A stretch of 56,629 bases of DNA from Bacilli bacterium (GCA_017625395.1 JAGALD010000006.1:1-56629), one strand, 5' to 3'; shown: positions 1-10,569, counted from the stretch's first letter. Translations and numbers: made by a program. Notes: generated by a model from the letters alone, not told the origin.

Positions 1-1
1 A

Positions 2-2050
2 ATTGATGCAACTATAAAAAGAATTGATTCTCCAAATTGTACACTTGATACATTAATGGGGATTGTTAAAGGTCCTGATTTTCCAACAGGCGCAATAGTT
101 GAAGGAATTGATGGAATAAGAAAAGCTTATGAGTCAGGGCGTGGAAAAGTAATCATAAAAGCAAGAACTTCGTTTGAAGAATCAAAAGGAAAACTTGCAC
201 TAATTATTACTGAAATTCCATATGAAGTAAATAAAGCACAATTAGTAAGAAAAATAGATGAAATAAGAATTGATAAAAAAGTAGAAGGAATCCTTGAAGT
301 TCGTGATGAATCTGATAGAGATGGATTAAGAATTGCAATAGATTTAAAGAAAGATTGTAATAAAGATGTAATATTAAATTACTTATTAAAAAACACTGAT
401 TTACAAGTTTCTTATAACTTTAATATGATTGCTATAGTAAATAGAGCACCTAAACAATTAGGACTTGCAGCAATATTAGATGCATATATTGTTCATCAAA
501 AAGAAGTGATTATTAAAAGAACTAAATTTGATTTAGAACATGCAAAAGCAAGACTTCACATTGTAGAAGGATTAATTCGTTGTCTTTCAATATTAGATGA
601 AGTAATAGCTGTAATTAGAGGAAGTAAAAATAAAAGTGATGCAAGAGAAAATCTTGTTAAAGAATTTGGATTTACTGAAGCGCAAGCAGAAGCAATTATT
701 ACATTACAATTATATAGATTAACAAATACAGACGTAACACTATTAGAAGAAGAACTTAAAAATCTTAAAGCTATGATTGAAGGATTACAAGCAATTTTAG
801 ATGACGAAAACGTTTTGAAAAATGTCATGAAAGATGAACTAAGAAAAATAAAAAAAGAATATGCAACAGCAAGAAAAACAGATATAAAAGATGAAATAAC
901 AGATATTAAAATAGATAGTATCGATATGATTACTAAAGAAGATGCAATTGTTATGGTAACAAAAGATGGATACATTAAAAGAACATCATTAAGAAGTTAT
1001 CAAGCAAGTGGAGACGATATACCATTAAAAGATAATGATTATGTTTTAGGACTATATGAACTTAATACTTTAGATGTATTGTTATTATTTACTAATTTAG
1101 GAAATTATTTGTATATTCCAGTTCACACAATTCCATCACTAGTATGGAAAGATTTAGGAAAACATGTAAGTAATTTAATAAAATTAGAACAAGATGAAGA
1201 AATTATTTCTGTAGTACCAGTAACTGACTTTGATTCTAAAGAATATATAGTTATTGCAACAGTTAATGGAATGATAAAGAAAACATCTCTTGAAGAATTT
1301 AAATCAATTAGAAATTCAAAACCAATTTGTTGCATGAAATTAAAAGATGATGATGCAGTAATAGATGCTTTCCTATTAAAAGAACAAGAAATATTTATAT
1401 CAACAGCAAATGCTTACGGATTATGGTTTGATTCAAGTGAAATTCCTGTCGTAGGACTTAAAACTAGTGGGGTTAAATCAATTAACTTAAAGGATGATAA
1501 AGTAGTATCTGTTTCAAACTTTAATAAAGAAGATACAGAATATATATCTATAATTACAGAAAAAGGAACAGGAAAAAGGGTTAAACTATCAGAATTTGAT
1601 AAATCATCTCGTGCAAAACGTGGATTAATGATTTTAAGAGAAGTTAAGACAAACCCATACCGTGTAATTAAATCATTTGCAATAAATGCAAAACATATAA
1701 TTGGACTTAAAGGAAATGATATTAAATACATAAAATTAACTGAATTATCAATTGTAGATAGATATTCTACTGGAACAACAATAAGTAAAGAAAAATTAAA
1801 AGACGCATTTATAGTAACAGAATTACAAAAAAGAGATACTATTAAAGACCAAAATAATAATGTTTCACAAGACTCTCCTACAGTAGATATTACTGATGAA
1901 GTATCGAATGAAGAAGAACTTGAATTTATTGTTGAAGAAGTAGAGGTTAAAAAAGAACCTGAAGTACCAAAAAGAGTAAAAGATGAAATTTTACTTAGAG
2001 AAATAGATGATAGATTAATGACAATAGAAGACTTTCTAAATTCAGACTAA
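2..2050 (+). CDS. parC: DNA topoisomerase IV subunit A (GyrA/ParC family), C-terminal ~680 aa; 5' end outside window
   Basis: The frame of ORF 56..2050 stays open to the window edge. It shows GyrA/ParC-type sequence (ITEIPYEVNKAQLVRKIDE) and repeated beta-pinwheel CTD blades. No GyrA-box (QRRGGKG-like) at the CTD start (YQASGDD instead) and an acidic tail, which favours ParC over GyrA. Confidence 0.8.
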   Translation: MDATIKRIDSPNCTLDTLMGIVKGPDFPTGAIVEGIDGIRKAYESGRGKVIIKARTSFEESKGKLALIITEIPYEVNKAQLVRKIDEIRIDKKVEGILEVRDESDRDGLRIAIDLKKDCNKDVILNYLLKNTDLQVSYNFNMIAIVNRAPKQLGLAAILDAYIVHQKEVIIKRTKFDLEHAKARLHIVEGLIRCLSILDEVIAVIRGSKNKSDARENLVKEFGFTEAQAEAIITLQLYRLTNTDVTLLEEELKNLKAMIEGLQAILDDENVLKNVMKDELRKIKKEYATARKTDIKDEITDIKIDSIDMITKEDAIVMVTKDGYIKRTSLRSYQASGDDIPLKDNDYVLGLYELNTLDVLLLFTNLGNYLYIPVHTIPSLVWKDLGKHVSNLIKLEQDEEIISVVPVTDFDSKEYIVIATVNGMIKKTSLEEFKSIRNSKPICCMKLKDDDAVIDAFLLKEQEIFISTANAYGLWFDSSEIPVVGLKTSGVKSINLKDDKVVSVSNFNKEDTEYISIITEKGTGKRVKLSEFDKSSRAKRGLMILREVKTNPYRVIKSFAINAKHIIGLKGNDIKYIKLTELSIVDRYSTGTTISKEKLKDAFIVTELQKRDTIKDQNNNVSQDSPTVDITDEVSNEEELEFIVEEVEVKKEPEVPKRVKDEILLREIDDRLMTIEDFLNSD

Positions 2051-2119
2051 GTCTTCTTTTTATTTGACTTCATTCTAATCAAATGCTAGAATAATGAGAA
2101 AAATGGAGGTATTTATTTT

Positions 2120-2629
2120 ATGTCTTGTTTAAATATTAGAAATGATTATATTTTTGAAAGACTTTTAAAGGCACGTCAAAATAAAGAATTAGTCAAAGTA
2201 GGAGAAGACCATAAGAAAAGAGAATATTATTATATTGGAAATGAAGTGTTTTTAAGAACAAACCAAGAAGACGATTCTTTTGATTTAATGGAATTACCAG
2301 TTTCAAGAGAAAAGTCAGGAAATGTTGCAATGGTTACAGTTGTACCTTGCGAAAGAAAGATAAAGTTTTATGCACCACTTTGCTCAGGTTTTCAAGTAGT
2401 AATTGCAGAAGCTCAAAAAAAAGGTATATACTGGCATTATCAAAATAATGCAAGCTGCTTTGAAGAAAAAGAAACTAGCCTAAAATATACTATTGAAACA
2501 TTACAAGAAAAAGGAAAATTTTATGGAAAAAATACACCAGAATATGCCGAAGCATTAGAAAGAATAATTACTAATGTATGTGACTTTAATAAAGAAGCCT
2601 CATATTCTAGAAAAAAAATAAAAAGATAG
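2120..2629 (+). CDS. hypothetical protein (169 aa)
   Basis: Intact ORF preceded by a GGAGG RBS. No motif recognised. Confidence 0.55.
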   Translation: MSCLNIRNDYIFERLLKARQNKELVKVGEDHKKREYYYIGNEVFLRTNQEDDSFDLMELPVSREKSGNVAMVTVVPCERKIKFYAPLCSGFQVVIAEAQKKGIYWHYQNNASCFEEKETSLKYTIETLQEKGKFYGKNTPEYAEALERIITNVCDFNKEASYSRKKIKR

Positions 2630-2663
2630 TACATTTTACTAATATTTGCATATTATTTATTAG

Positions 2664-3002
2664 GTGATGGATATGTCTAAAGAGAAATTTATTAAATTTG
2701 TTAAAGCAAATCCTAATTTAGTAGATTATGTAAGAAAAAATAATGCATCATGGCAAAGCTTATACGAAACATATGCATTGTATGGTGAAGATGAAAATGT
2801 TTGGAATAAATATCTAAATAGCAAGGATACATCAATTAATGAATTAGTAACAATAATTAAAAGTATTAATTTAGAATCAGTAAGAAAAGTAGTTGATGGA
2901 TTACAAAAAACAATAACATTAGTTCAAGAAATTGGTGGACCTAAAGAAACATTACAAGAAGAATACCAAAAAAGTGCTGTGTATGAGGATTTAGATGATT
3001 AA
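2664..3002 (+). CDS. YlbD-like protein
   Basis: KFIKFVKANPNLVDYVRKNNASWQSLYETYALYGEDENVW resembles the B. subtilis YlbD family. It sits in ylbD-ylbE order. The AGGTGA RBS suggests the true start is ATG 2673. Confidence 0.5.
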   Translation: MMDMSKEKFIKFVKANPNLVDYVRKNNASWQSLYETYALYGEDENVWNKYLNSKDTSINELVTIIKSINLESVRKVVDGLQKTITLVQEIGGPKETLQEEYQKSAVYEDLDD

Positions 3003-3216
3003 TGAAACAATATTTAAAATTAAACAAAATCAGATGTTATATCATTATCTAAAATATCATTCATATTGGTATAAAAGAATATTTAGAGACCCAACAAGCG
3101 TAGATCAAATGATTAATGAAATGAAAGAAGAATACAAATTAACACCGCAAGATAAAATAGAAACAATTTGTAAGAAAATGAATATGGTTAGTAGTCTATT
3201 AGAAGTGTTTAGCTAA
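2995..3216 (+). CDS. YlbE-like protein
   Basis: YHYLKYHSYWYKRIFRDPTSVDQM resembles the YlbE family motif (..P.WYR.L.R.P). It overlaps the upstream gene by 8 nt, indicating coupling. Confidence 0.5.
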   Translation: MINETIFKIKQNQMLYHYLKYHSYWYKRIFRDPTSVDQMINEMKEEYKLTPQDKIETICKKMNMVSSLLEVFS

Positions 3217-3229
3217 GCACTTCTTTTAT
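3196..3229 (+). terminator. candidate rho-independent terminator
   Basis: GAAGTG-loop-CACTTC stem overlapping the stop codon, followed by TTTTATT. Confidence 0.45.
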
Positions 3230-3272
3230 TGTGTGAATAAATTATAAGTGATATAATCTAGTTGGTGATTTT

Positions 3273-5519
3273 ATGAAGAAAGTTGAATTATTAAGTCCAG
3301 TTGGAAATATGGAATGCTTATATCAAGCAGTAATGAATGGTGCAGATGCTGTATATCTTGGTGGTAAAAAATTTGGAGCAAGAAAATTTGCAAATAATTT
3401 CGAAAATATAGAGTTAATAGAAGCAATTAAATATTGTCATTTATATGGAGTAAAAATATATGTTACAGTAAACACTATGATTTATGATAATGAATTTGAA
3501 GAAGTAATTAATTATGTTGCATTTCTTCATGAAAATAATGTTGATGCTGTAATTGTTCAAGATATTGGCTTAATATCTGTACTAAAGAAAATATTTCCTA
3601 ACCTAGAAATTCACATATCAACTCAATCTCATAATACAAATAAATATGGAGTAGAACTTCTAATGTCATATGGAGCATCAAGAGTAGTATTTGCACGTGA
3701 ATTATCACTTAGCGAAATCAAAAATATAGACGTTGATATAGAAAAAGAAGTATTTGTTCACGGTGCTCTTTGTGTAGCATATTCTGGATGTTGCCTATTT
3801 AGTAGTATGAATGGTGGAAGAAGTGGAAATAGGGGAGAATGTGTAGGTTCATGTAGACTTCCATATAAGCTTTATAAAAACGATAAACTAATAAGAACTG
3901 ATGGTAATTATTTGTTAAGTACAAAGTCGTTATGCACAATAGATAAAATTGGAGAACTAATAGATAGCGGTATTACTTCTTTTAAAATTGAAGGAAGAAT
4001 GAAAAGCCCAGAATATGTAGGATACATTACTAGATTATATAGAGAAAAAATAGATTCATACTATAAAGAAAAAATACTAAATATAGAACAAACCGAACTA
4101 GATAATATTAAAAAACTATATAATAGAGAATTAACTCACGGATATTTATTTAACGAATTTGGAAAAACATTAATGAATATTAAAACATCTAATCACATTG
4201 GAATAAAACTAGGAAAAATTATAAATATTGATAAAAAATACATAAAAATAAAACTAGAAAATGATTTAAATCAAGAAGATGGAATAAGGTTTGACAACGA
4301 CAAAGGAATGATTGTTAATAAATTATATAATGCTAAAGGACTTTTAGTAAGTTCATTAAAAAAAGGAGAAATAGCATTAGTCGATAATAAAATTTCATTA
4401 ACTGAAGGAAATACAGTAAGAAAGACAATTGATAGCCTATTAAATAAAAGCCTATCAAAATTACCAAATAAAAAAATAAACGTAACGATATTATGCAAAG
4501 CCCATATTGGTAAACTTCTAGAAATTACAATAAGTGATTCAAAAAATGAAATTACAGAATATGGAAATATAGTAGAAGAATCAATTAATAGTCCAACAGA
4601 AGAATCACGTATTAAAGCACAATTAGAAAAATTAGGAAATACTCCTTTTATAAGTGTAGATACAAAAATAGAAATGGATAAAAATATTTTTATATCTATT
4701 AAAGAGTTAAATGATTTAAGAAGAACTATAGTAGAAAAATTAGTAACAAAAAGAGAATACGATATTCCAAAACCATTTATAAAAAAAGAAATAAGTAATA
4801 TTAAAAGAGATATTAAAAAAGATGAAAAATTAAAAATTAATATTTTAGTAAGAAATGAAGAACAATTAAAATGTGCAATAGAAGAAAATCTTAATAACAT
4901 ATATGTTAATGATTATAACTTATATAATAAATTTTCTAAGATTCCAAATGTATATTATAGGACAAATAGAGTTCCAAATAATTTTATAGAATTTGAAAAT
5001 AAAAATATTTTAGCAACAGAATTAGGTGCTATTTCTAAATATTCAAAAAGTAATAATGTAGTAGCCGATTATTTTTTAAATGTAGCAAATATAAATTCAG
5101 TTAATGCTTTAAGGAATATGGGGGTATCACTTGTAACCATATCAGTAGAATCTAATATAGAAAATATAAAATCAATAGCAAAAATAAACAACAACGTAGA
5201 AATAGTCGTATACGGAAGACTAGAGTTAATGGTATCAAAGTATTGCCCTTTAAATATGCTTATAAATAATGATGAAAAAAGATGCTCATTATGCACTACA
5301 AAGGATAAATATTATCTAAAAGACCAATATGACAACATGTATCCAATTGTAAATGAAAAACATTTAACTCACATATTACACTATAAAAATTTAAATATAA
5401 TTAATGACATTTCAGAATATAAAGAATTAGGAATTAATAACTATAGAATAGAATTATACGATGAAGATAAAAAACAAATAAAAGAAATTATTAATGAAAT
5501 AAGGAATAAATATGAATAG
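3273..5519 (+). CDS. peptidase U32 family protein (long, two-module form)
   Basis: U32 signature EVFVHGALCVAYSGCCLFSS and SFKIEGRMKSPEYV. GGTGA RBS. Confidence 0.85.
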   Translation: MKKVELLSPVGNMECLYQAVMNGADAVYLGGKKFGARKFANNFENIELIEAIKYCHLYGVKIYVTVNTMIYDNEFEEVINYVAFLHENNVDAVIVQDIGLISVLKKIFPNLEIHISTQSHNTNKYGVELLMSYGASRVVFARELSLSEIKNIDVDIEKEVFVHGALCVAYSGCCLFSSMNGGRSGNRGECVGSCRLPYKLYKNDKLIRTDGNYLLSTKSLCTIDKIGELIDSGITSFKIEGRMKSPEYVGYITRLYREKIDSYYKEKILNIEQTELDNIKKLYNRELTHGYLFNEFGKTLMNIKTSNHIGIKLGKIINIDKKYIKIKLENDLNQEDGIRFDNDKGMIVNKLYNAKGLLVSSLKKGEIALVDNKISLTEGNTVRKTIDSLLNKSLSKLPNKKINVTILCKAHIGKLLEITISDSKNEITEYGNIVEESINSPTEESRIKAQLEKLGNTPFISVDTKIEMDKNIFISIKELNDLRRTIVEKLVTKREYDIPKPFIKKEISNIKRDIKKDEKLKINILVRNEEQLKCAIEENLNNIYVNDYNLYNKFSKIPNVYYRTNRVPNNFIEFENKNILATELGAISKYSKSNNVVADYFLNVANINSVNALRNMGVSLVTISVESNIENIKSIAKINNNVEIVVYGRLELMVSKYCPLNMLINNDEKRCSLCTTKDKYYLKDQYDNMYPIVNEKHLTHILHYKNLNIINDISEYKELGINNYRIELYDEDKKQIKEIINEIRNKYE

Positions 5520-5805
5520 CAAGATACTAAATAAGCTTGATGAAATAACATCTATAATTGATGAATGTGAATTAATAACAAGAATATCTTTTTTAAAAAC
5601 AAAAATATTTGAAGATAAAAAATTATTAGATAAAATCAAGTTAATACAAGATGACAGTATAAAATATGGAAATAACTATATAAATATAAAAAAAGAAATT
5701 TTAGCTAATCCATATTTTAAAGAATATAAAGAAATAGAAACAGAACTTTATTTTTTAACAAAAGAAATAAATGATAGATTAAAATCTTTAATAAAAGGTG
5801 ATTAA
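5512..5805 (+). CDS. YlbF/YmcA-family protein (putative)
   Basis: ~97-aa helical protein immediately upstream of rsmD, as ylbF is in Bacillus. Weak family resemblance only. Overlaps the U32 stop by 8 nt. Confidence 0.4.
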   Translation: MNSKILNKLDEITSIIDECELITRISFLKTKIFEDKKLLDKIKLIQDDSIKYGNNYINIKKEILANPYFKEYKEIETELYFLTKEINDRLKSLIKGD

Positions 5806-5807
5806 TA

Positions 5808-6353
5808 ATGAAAATAATTAGTGGTACATTAAAAGGTAGAACAATAAAAGGTTATGATATAGAAGGAACAAGACCAACAATGGATAGAGTAAAAGAATCA
5901 TTGTTTGGAACTATTCAAAATAATGTTAGAGAAAGCATTGTTCTAGACTTGTTTGCAGGATCTGGTAATTTAGGTTTTGAGGCAATTAGTAATGGTGCAA
6001 AATTCTGCTACTTCAATGATCATAATAGAAAATGCACGTCTTTAATAGATAAAAATATAGAATTATTCTTAATTAAAGAACAAACAAAAGTATTGAATTT
6101 AGATTATAAAAAAGCATTAAAATATTTTTCAGATAATAAAATAAAATTTAATTTGATATTTTTAGATCCACCATATAAAAATGACTGCCTTAATGATGTA
6201 GTAAATTATATTTATGACAATAACTTATTGGAAAAAGAGGGAATAATAGTTTGTGAAACATCAGCACTTTATCTAAATATTTCATGTTATGAAAAAATAA
6301 AAGAAAAAAAATATGGTGATAAGTATATAACCATATATAAAAATAATCTTTGA
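5808..6353 (+). CDS. rsmD: 16S rRNA (guanine966-N2)-methyltransferase RsmD
   Basis: IISGTLKGRTI..., TRPTMDRVKESLF, SAM motif LDLFAGSGNLGFEA and catalytic DPPY (IFLDPPYKND). Confidence 0.9.
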   Translation: MKIISGTLKGRTIKGYDIEGTRPTMDRVKESLFGTIQNNVRESIVLDLFAGSGNLGFEAISNGAKFCYFNDHNRKCTSLIDKNIELFLIKEQTKVLNLDYKKALKYFSDNKIKFNLIFLDPPYKNDCLNDVVNYIYDNNLLEKEGIIVCETSALYLNISCYEKIKEKKYGDKYITIYKNNL

Positions 6354-6395
6354 TTAATTTATTTTATCATTGTATAATGAATAATAGGTGATGGT

Positions 6396-7385
6396 ATGAA
6401 GTTAAATAATAAAGGATTTGCATTTTCTACTATGCTATATGGTGTGTTATCTTTGATAATAATTGTTTTAATGTTAGTATTTGGAGTTATGAAAGCCGCA
6501 AAAAATGAAAACAGTTATTATGCTGAAGTCTTAGAAAACACACTTAACAAATGTGTATCGGAAGAGGTAGCTCTTGAAAATTGTTATAGCGCAGGTGGAA
6601 ATTGTGACCCTACAGCATATTATGTTTGCATGGGAATAAACGGTGAGAAAGATGACGAAGGTGGTCTTATTATTGCAGAAAAACTAAAAGAAAATGTTGT
6701 AACAACAGGAGATGGGCTATACCAAGATGGTGATTCAAACAGATATATATACCGTGGAATAAAAGTAAATAATTACATAAATTATTCAGGATTAACATGG
6801 CGTATTGTATCAATTGAAGCAGATGGAAGCGTTAAAGCAATTTATCCCGGATATAGTGAAATGCTGGCATGGGATAGCAATAATAAAGAATCTTGGGAAG
6901 GAAGTAGTTTGAACAACTATCTAAATAATGAATTTTATTCATCGTTAGCAGATACATCAGGACTATCAAAAAAAATATGGCATACAGGAAGAATTTTTAA
7001 TACAGGAGTAATGCCAATAAATGAATTAATTATTCAAGAAAATAAATCAGAATATACAGGTAGCAGTGATACAAATGGACTTATTGGACTATTAAGTGCA
7101 AGTGATTATATTAAAGCATCCCTTAATGATACCTGTTCAAACGATGTTTTAAGTAGTACAACATGTAATAGTTGGATATCCGTTTATAAAAGTTGGTTAA
7201 TAAATTCTAATGGTGATATACCAGAACAAGAACCACAACAAGCGTACTATTTTAGTAATGACAATAAATTAAGTACATTAACTGTAGAAACAACATATGA
7301 TGTTTTACCAACAATTTTCTTAAAAAGAACATTTACAATTAATGGAGGTGATGGAACAGTTAGTAATCCTTATACAGTGCACTAA
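6396..7385 (+). CDS. membrane-anchored secreted protein with pilin-like N-terminus and DUF6273-like domain
   Basis: N-terminus MKLNNKGFAFSTMLYGVLSLIIIVLML resembles a class III (prepilin) signal but has no Glu at +5. The body has WRIVSIEADGSVKAIY...WEGSSLNNYLNNEFYSSL, typical of a DUF6273-like module. Confidence 0.5.
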   Translation: MKLNNKGFAFSTMLYGVLSLIIIVLMLVFGVMKAAKNENSYYAEVLENTLNKCVSEEVALENCYSAGGNCDPTAYYVCMGINGEKDDEGGLIIAEKLKENVVTTGDGLYQDGDSNRYIYRGIKVNNYINYSGLTWRIVSIEADGSVKAIYPGYSEMLAWDSNNKESWEGSSLNNYLNNEFYSSLADTSGLSKKIWHTGRIFNTGVMPINELIIQENKSEYTGSSDTNGLIGLLSASDYIKASLNDTCSNDVLSSTTCNSWISVYKSWLINSNGDIPEQEPQQAYYFSNDNKLSTLTVETTYDVLPTIFLKRTFTINGGDGTVSNPYTVH

Positions 7386-7394
7386 CTAATAATC

Positions 7395-8144
7395 ATGATA
7401 AGTTTTTTTGTAGGTTTTCTTGGAATAATTTGTGGACTTATTGTACTTGTACTAATTGTATACTTCTTTCTAGTATATAAATTTAATCAATTGGGATTTA
7501 AAGGACTTAATCTTTTCAAAATAAAAGAAGAGATAGAACAAAATTCTAATTTAAATCCAAAACAAGTAAGTGGTATGACAAATTTGCTATTACCAAGAAT
7601 TATGAACGATTTTCCTGATTTTGATATTAATCATTTATATTTACAAACAGAAAAAAGTATAAGAACAATATTAAATTCAGTAGAAAATAAAGATATTTCT
7701 ATTCTTGAAGATAAAGATTTTAATTTAATTAACAAAAAATTAAAACTTCAATTGGAAGATTTGATAAATAGTGATATACTGTATAAGTATGATGATATAA
7801 AATTTCACAAACACGCATTAAAAAGCTATTCAAATAGCGATGGTGTTGCAACAATTGAGGTTTCATCATCACTAGAATATTTTTATCAAAAAGAAAAAGA
7901 TGGTAAAAAGTTAAAAAACGACTCTATAAAGAAACAAGTTAGATATATAACTAAGTTTGTTTATATCGTCGATAGCAGTGCTTATGAAAAAGATATTAAT
8001 GTATACGGTATTAATTGTCCAAATTGCGGTGCAGTTATTGAAACATTGAAATCCAATAAATGTAAGTATTGTGGCAGTGGGCTTAACATTAAAATAGTAA
8101 ATCTATTAAAATGTTGGAAACTCATTGATTGTAAAGAAAATTAA
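7395..8144 (+). CDS. membrane protein with C-terminal zinc ribbon
   Basis: N-terminal TM helix and C-terminal CPNCG...CKYCG. Its position upstream of the SPFH gene recalls the ydjG/H-ydjI arrangement. Confidence 0.5.
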   Translation: MISFFVGFLGIICGLIVLVLIVYFFLVYKFNQLGFKGLNLFKIKEEIEQNSNLNPKQVSGMTNLLLPRIMNDFPDFDINHLYLQTEKSIRTILNSVENKDISILEDKDFNLINKKLKLQLEDLINSDILYKYDDIKFHKHALKSYSNSDGVATIEVSSSLEYFYQKEKDGKKLKNDSIKKQVRYITKFVYIVDSSAYEKDINVYGINCPNCGAVIETLKSNKCKYCGSGLNIKIVNLLKCWKLIDCKEN

Positions 8145-8163
8145 TTAATTTTAGGAGGATAAT

Positions 8164-9426
8164 ATGGGATTAATTAAATCAGCTGTTCAAGCTATAGGGG
8201 GAACATTCGGAGATCAATGGAAGGATCTCATTAGTTGCGAAGACATGGGCAACGATACTTTAATGGTAAAGAAAACAACACCAACAGGTCAAATTTCAAA
8301 AGATAGTAGAATTATCGTAGCACCAGGACAAGTAGCAGTAATATATGATTCAGGAAGTATTCTTGATGCAACTGCTGAAGAAGGTGCATATAACTTTGAT
8401 CAATCTACATCACCATCATTCTTTGCTGGACAATTTGGAGCAGTGTTCAAAGAAATGTGGCAAAGATTTACATATGGTGGTACACCAGCAAAAGAACAAG
8501 CGGTATTCTTCTTCAATATAAAAGAAATCAAAGACAACAAATTCGGAACAGGAACACCAATTCCATTCCAAGATTGGTCACATCCAATTCCAAATCAAAT
8601 GACTGGTACAATGTCTCCAATGAGAGTACAAGTTAGATGTTATGGTAAATATACATTTAAAATTACAGATCCAGCAATATTCATGAGAAATCATGCTGGT
8701 ACAGCAAATGTTGTTACTAAAGATGATTTAGTAGAACAAATGAGAAGTGAAGTAATCGCTGCTTTCCAAAACGTTTTAAACGAACTTGGAACTAGTGAAC
8801 ATAAAACACCAGTATTAGAATTACCAAGTAATACTGATGAAATCAAAAAAACAATGGATGAAAAGGTTTTCGATAAACCAATTCGTGATAGAGGACTTCA
8901 ATTAGTAGGATTTGCTGTTGAATCAGTAACACTAGATGATGAATCTTCTAAGAAAATTGATAATTATGAATTATCATCAAACTCATTTATGCAACAAGGA
9001 ACACTTGTTGGTGCATATGCTAATGCAGTTCAAGATGCAGCAAACAATGAAGCAGGTGCAATGAACGGATTTATGGGTGTAGGTATGATGAATATGGCTA
9101 GTGGCGGAATGGTTGGCGGAGCAGCTCAAACACCATTTGCAAATAATGGTGGTGCAGCTTCAACTCCAGTTGATCCATATGCTAAACCACAACCAACACC
9201 AGCACCAGAAGTTGCAGCAGTTCAAGCACCAACAGCAACTCCAGTAGCACCAGCTCCAGTACAAGAAGGAGTTAAATGTCCTAACTGTGGAACAATGATT
9301 ACTGGAAAATTCTGTATGGAATGCGGAACTAAAGCACCATCAAATGAACCTAAAAAATGTCCAAAATGCGGTTTAGAAGCAAGAGGAAAATTCTGTACTG
9401 AATGTGGAACAAAAATAGAAGAGTAG
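8164..9426 (+). CDS. SPFH/band-7-like ('virion core protein'-type, YdjI-like) protein with two C-terminal zinc ribbons
   Basis: Strong GGAGG RBS. N-terminus MGLIKSAVQAIGGTFGDQWKD is typical of the YdjI-like SPFH family. A Pro/Ala-rich linker is followed by CPNCG..CMECG and CPKCG..CTECG. Confidence 0.65.
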   Translation: MGLIKSAVQAIGGTFGDQWKDLISCEDMGNDTLMVKKTTPTGQISKDSRIIVAPGQVAVIYDSGSILDATAEEGAYNFDQSTSPSFFAGQFGAVFKEMWQRFTYGGTPAKEQAVFFFNIKEIKDNKFGTGTPIPFQDWSHPIPNQMTGTMSPMRVQVRCYGKYTFKITDPAIFMRNHAGTANVVTKDDLVEQMRSEVIAAFQNVLNELGTSEHKTPVLELPSNTDEIKKTMDEKVFDKPIRDRGLQLVGFAVESVTLDDESSKKIDNYELSSNSFMQQGTLVGAYANAVQDAANNEAGAMNGFMGVGMMNMASGGMVGGAAQTPFANNGGAASTPVDPYAKPQPTPAPEVAAVQAPTATPVAPAPVQEGVKCPNCGTMITGKFCMECGTKAPSNEPKKCPKCGLEARGKFCTECGTKIEE

Positions 9427-9458
9427 GTTATAATACCTATTCTTTTTTACATAAAAAA

Positions 9459-9480
9459 AGCAAACAAGTTATTGTTTGCT
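9459..9480. terminator. bidirectional terminator hairpin between convergent genes
   Basis: AGCAAACA-agttat-TGTTTGCT, flanked by an A-run upstream and a T-rich run downstream. Confidence 0.65.
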
Positions 9481-9489
9481 AATTTTATT

Positions 9490-10404
9490 TTAATGAATAA
9501 ATATATCTAAAATTCTTTCTGTATTTTTAAAGTTAATCTTTGCAATTTCTTTAAGTTTATCTTTACCATATTGATTAACAACTTCTTTACCAATAGAATC
9601 AACGTCTTTTCCAGCTCCCTTAGGAAGAGGTATATGAAGACTATCACTAAGTTTTTCAAATTCTTTTAAAAATATATATCTACTTATAACTGAAGCACAC
9701 GCTACAGCTAAATTCTTATCTTCAGCTTTTGTCATAAAAGTTATTCCACGTTGAATAGCAGGATTACCACTTAAATATTCATAATATCTTTGCTCTCGAG
9801 CGAACTCATCAACAATTATATAATCATATTCAGGATTTTCTTCATTAATCATTCTAAATAATACTTTATTATGCATTATTGCTTTTATTTTATTTATATT
9901 GTAACTATCACTATACTTATCATTATATTCCTGATTAGTCATAATTAAACTTTTATATTTAATATGTTTAATAAGTTCAGGAGCAATCTTTAATATTTTA
10001 TTATCATCTAGTTTTTTTGAATCCTTAATTCCAATACTTTCAATTAATTCGATTTGATCTTTTCTAACATAAGCACTTGTTACTATAATAGGTCCGAAAT
10101 AATCACCAGTACCAACTTCATCAGATCCAACAGAAGAAGAGTAGTAATATTTTTCTTCTTCTTTTTTTAATTTAACTTTGTCTATTTTTGATTGACCATC
10201 TATTTCACGCCACATATCAGCATCAACATCAGCACTGACACCTTGAAACATAACTTTCCCTGATTCATACATAGTAATTACAGTATCCAAGTCTTGTGCT
10301 TGAAACACAACATATGGAATTACTTTGTCTCTTTTTTTATCTTCATAATACTTGATCATTTTTTCTCTTGTTTGTTCACTTACTTTTAATACAACATTGG
10401 CCAT
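9490..10404 (-). CDS. rnhC: ribonuclease HIII
   Basis: N-terminal RNase HIII domain (...MYESGKVMFQG) and catalytic GSDEVGTGDYFGP. GAGGTGG RBS. Confidence 0.9.
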   Translation of the reverse strand: MANVVLKVSEQTREKMIKYYEDKKRDKVIPYVVFQAQDLDTVITMYESGKVMFQGVSADVDADMWREIDGQSKIDKVKLKKEEEKYYYSSSVGSDEVGTGDYFGPIIVTSAYVRKDQIELIESIGIKDSKKLDDNKILKIAPELIKHIKYKSLIMTNQEYNDKYSDSYNINKIKAIMHNKVLFRMINEENPEYDYIIVDEFAREQRYYEYLSGNPAIQRGITFMTKAEDKNLAVACASVISRYIFLKEFEKLSDSLHIPLPKGAGKDVDSIGKEVVNQYGKDKLKEIAKINFKNTERILDIFIH

Positions 10405-10540
10405 ATTTCCACCTCGTAATAATTATAACACGCAAATAAGAAAAATACTTTAAATAAACAAAATTTAATATATTAAAAAAATATTATAAAATAATATTTG
10501 AATATATTATAAAAAAAAATAAAAAATATTAATTTCATAC

Positions 10541-10569
10541 TTGCATAGGTAAAAAAAGTATGTTATTAT
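10541..10569 (+). promoter_or_regulatory. sigma-A-type promoter for the tRNA pair
   Basis: TTGCAT, 17-nt spacer, then TGT-TATTAT (extended -10), ~17 nt upstream of the first tRNA. Confidence 0.5.

Noticed and set aside
2-2050. Alternative call as DNA gyrase subunit A
   Set aside because: No GyrA-box at the start of the C-terminal domain, no adjacent gyrB context, and a terminus-proximal location. ParC is preferred, though only a phylogeny would settle it.
556-5639. Antisense or alternate-frame ORFs inside parC and the U32 gene (556..975, 1123..1335, 1414..1731, 4271..4900, 5069..5296, 5454..5639)
   Set aside because: They lie fully within well-supported genes on the opposite strand. They have low-complexity Ser/Ile/Phe/Leu composition typical of the reverse frame of AT-rich, Lys/Glu/Asn-rich genes, and no RBS.
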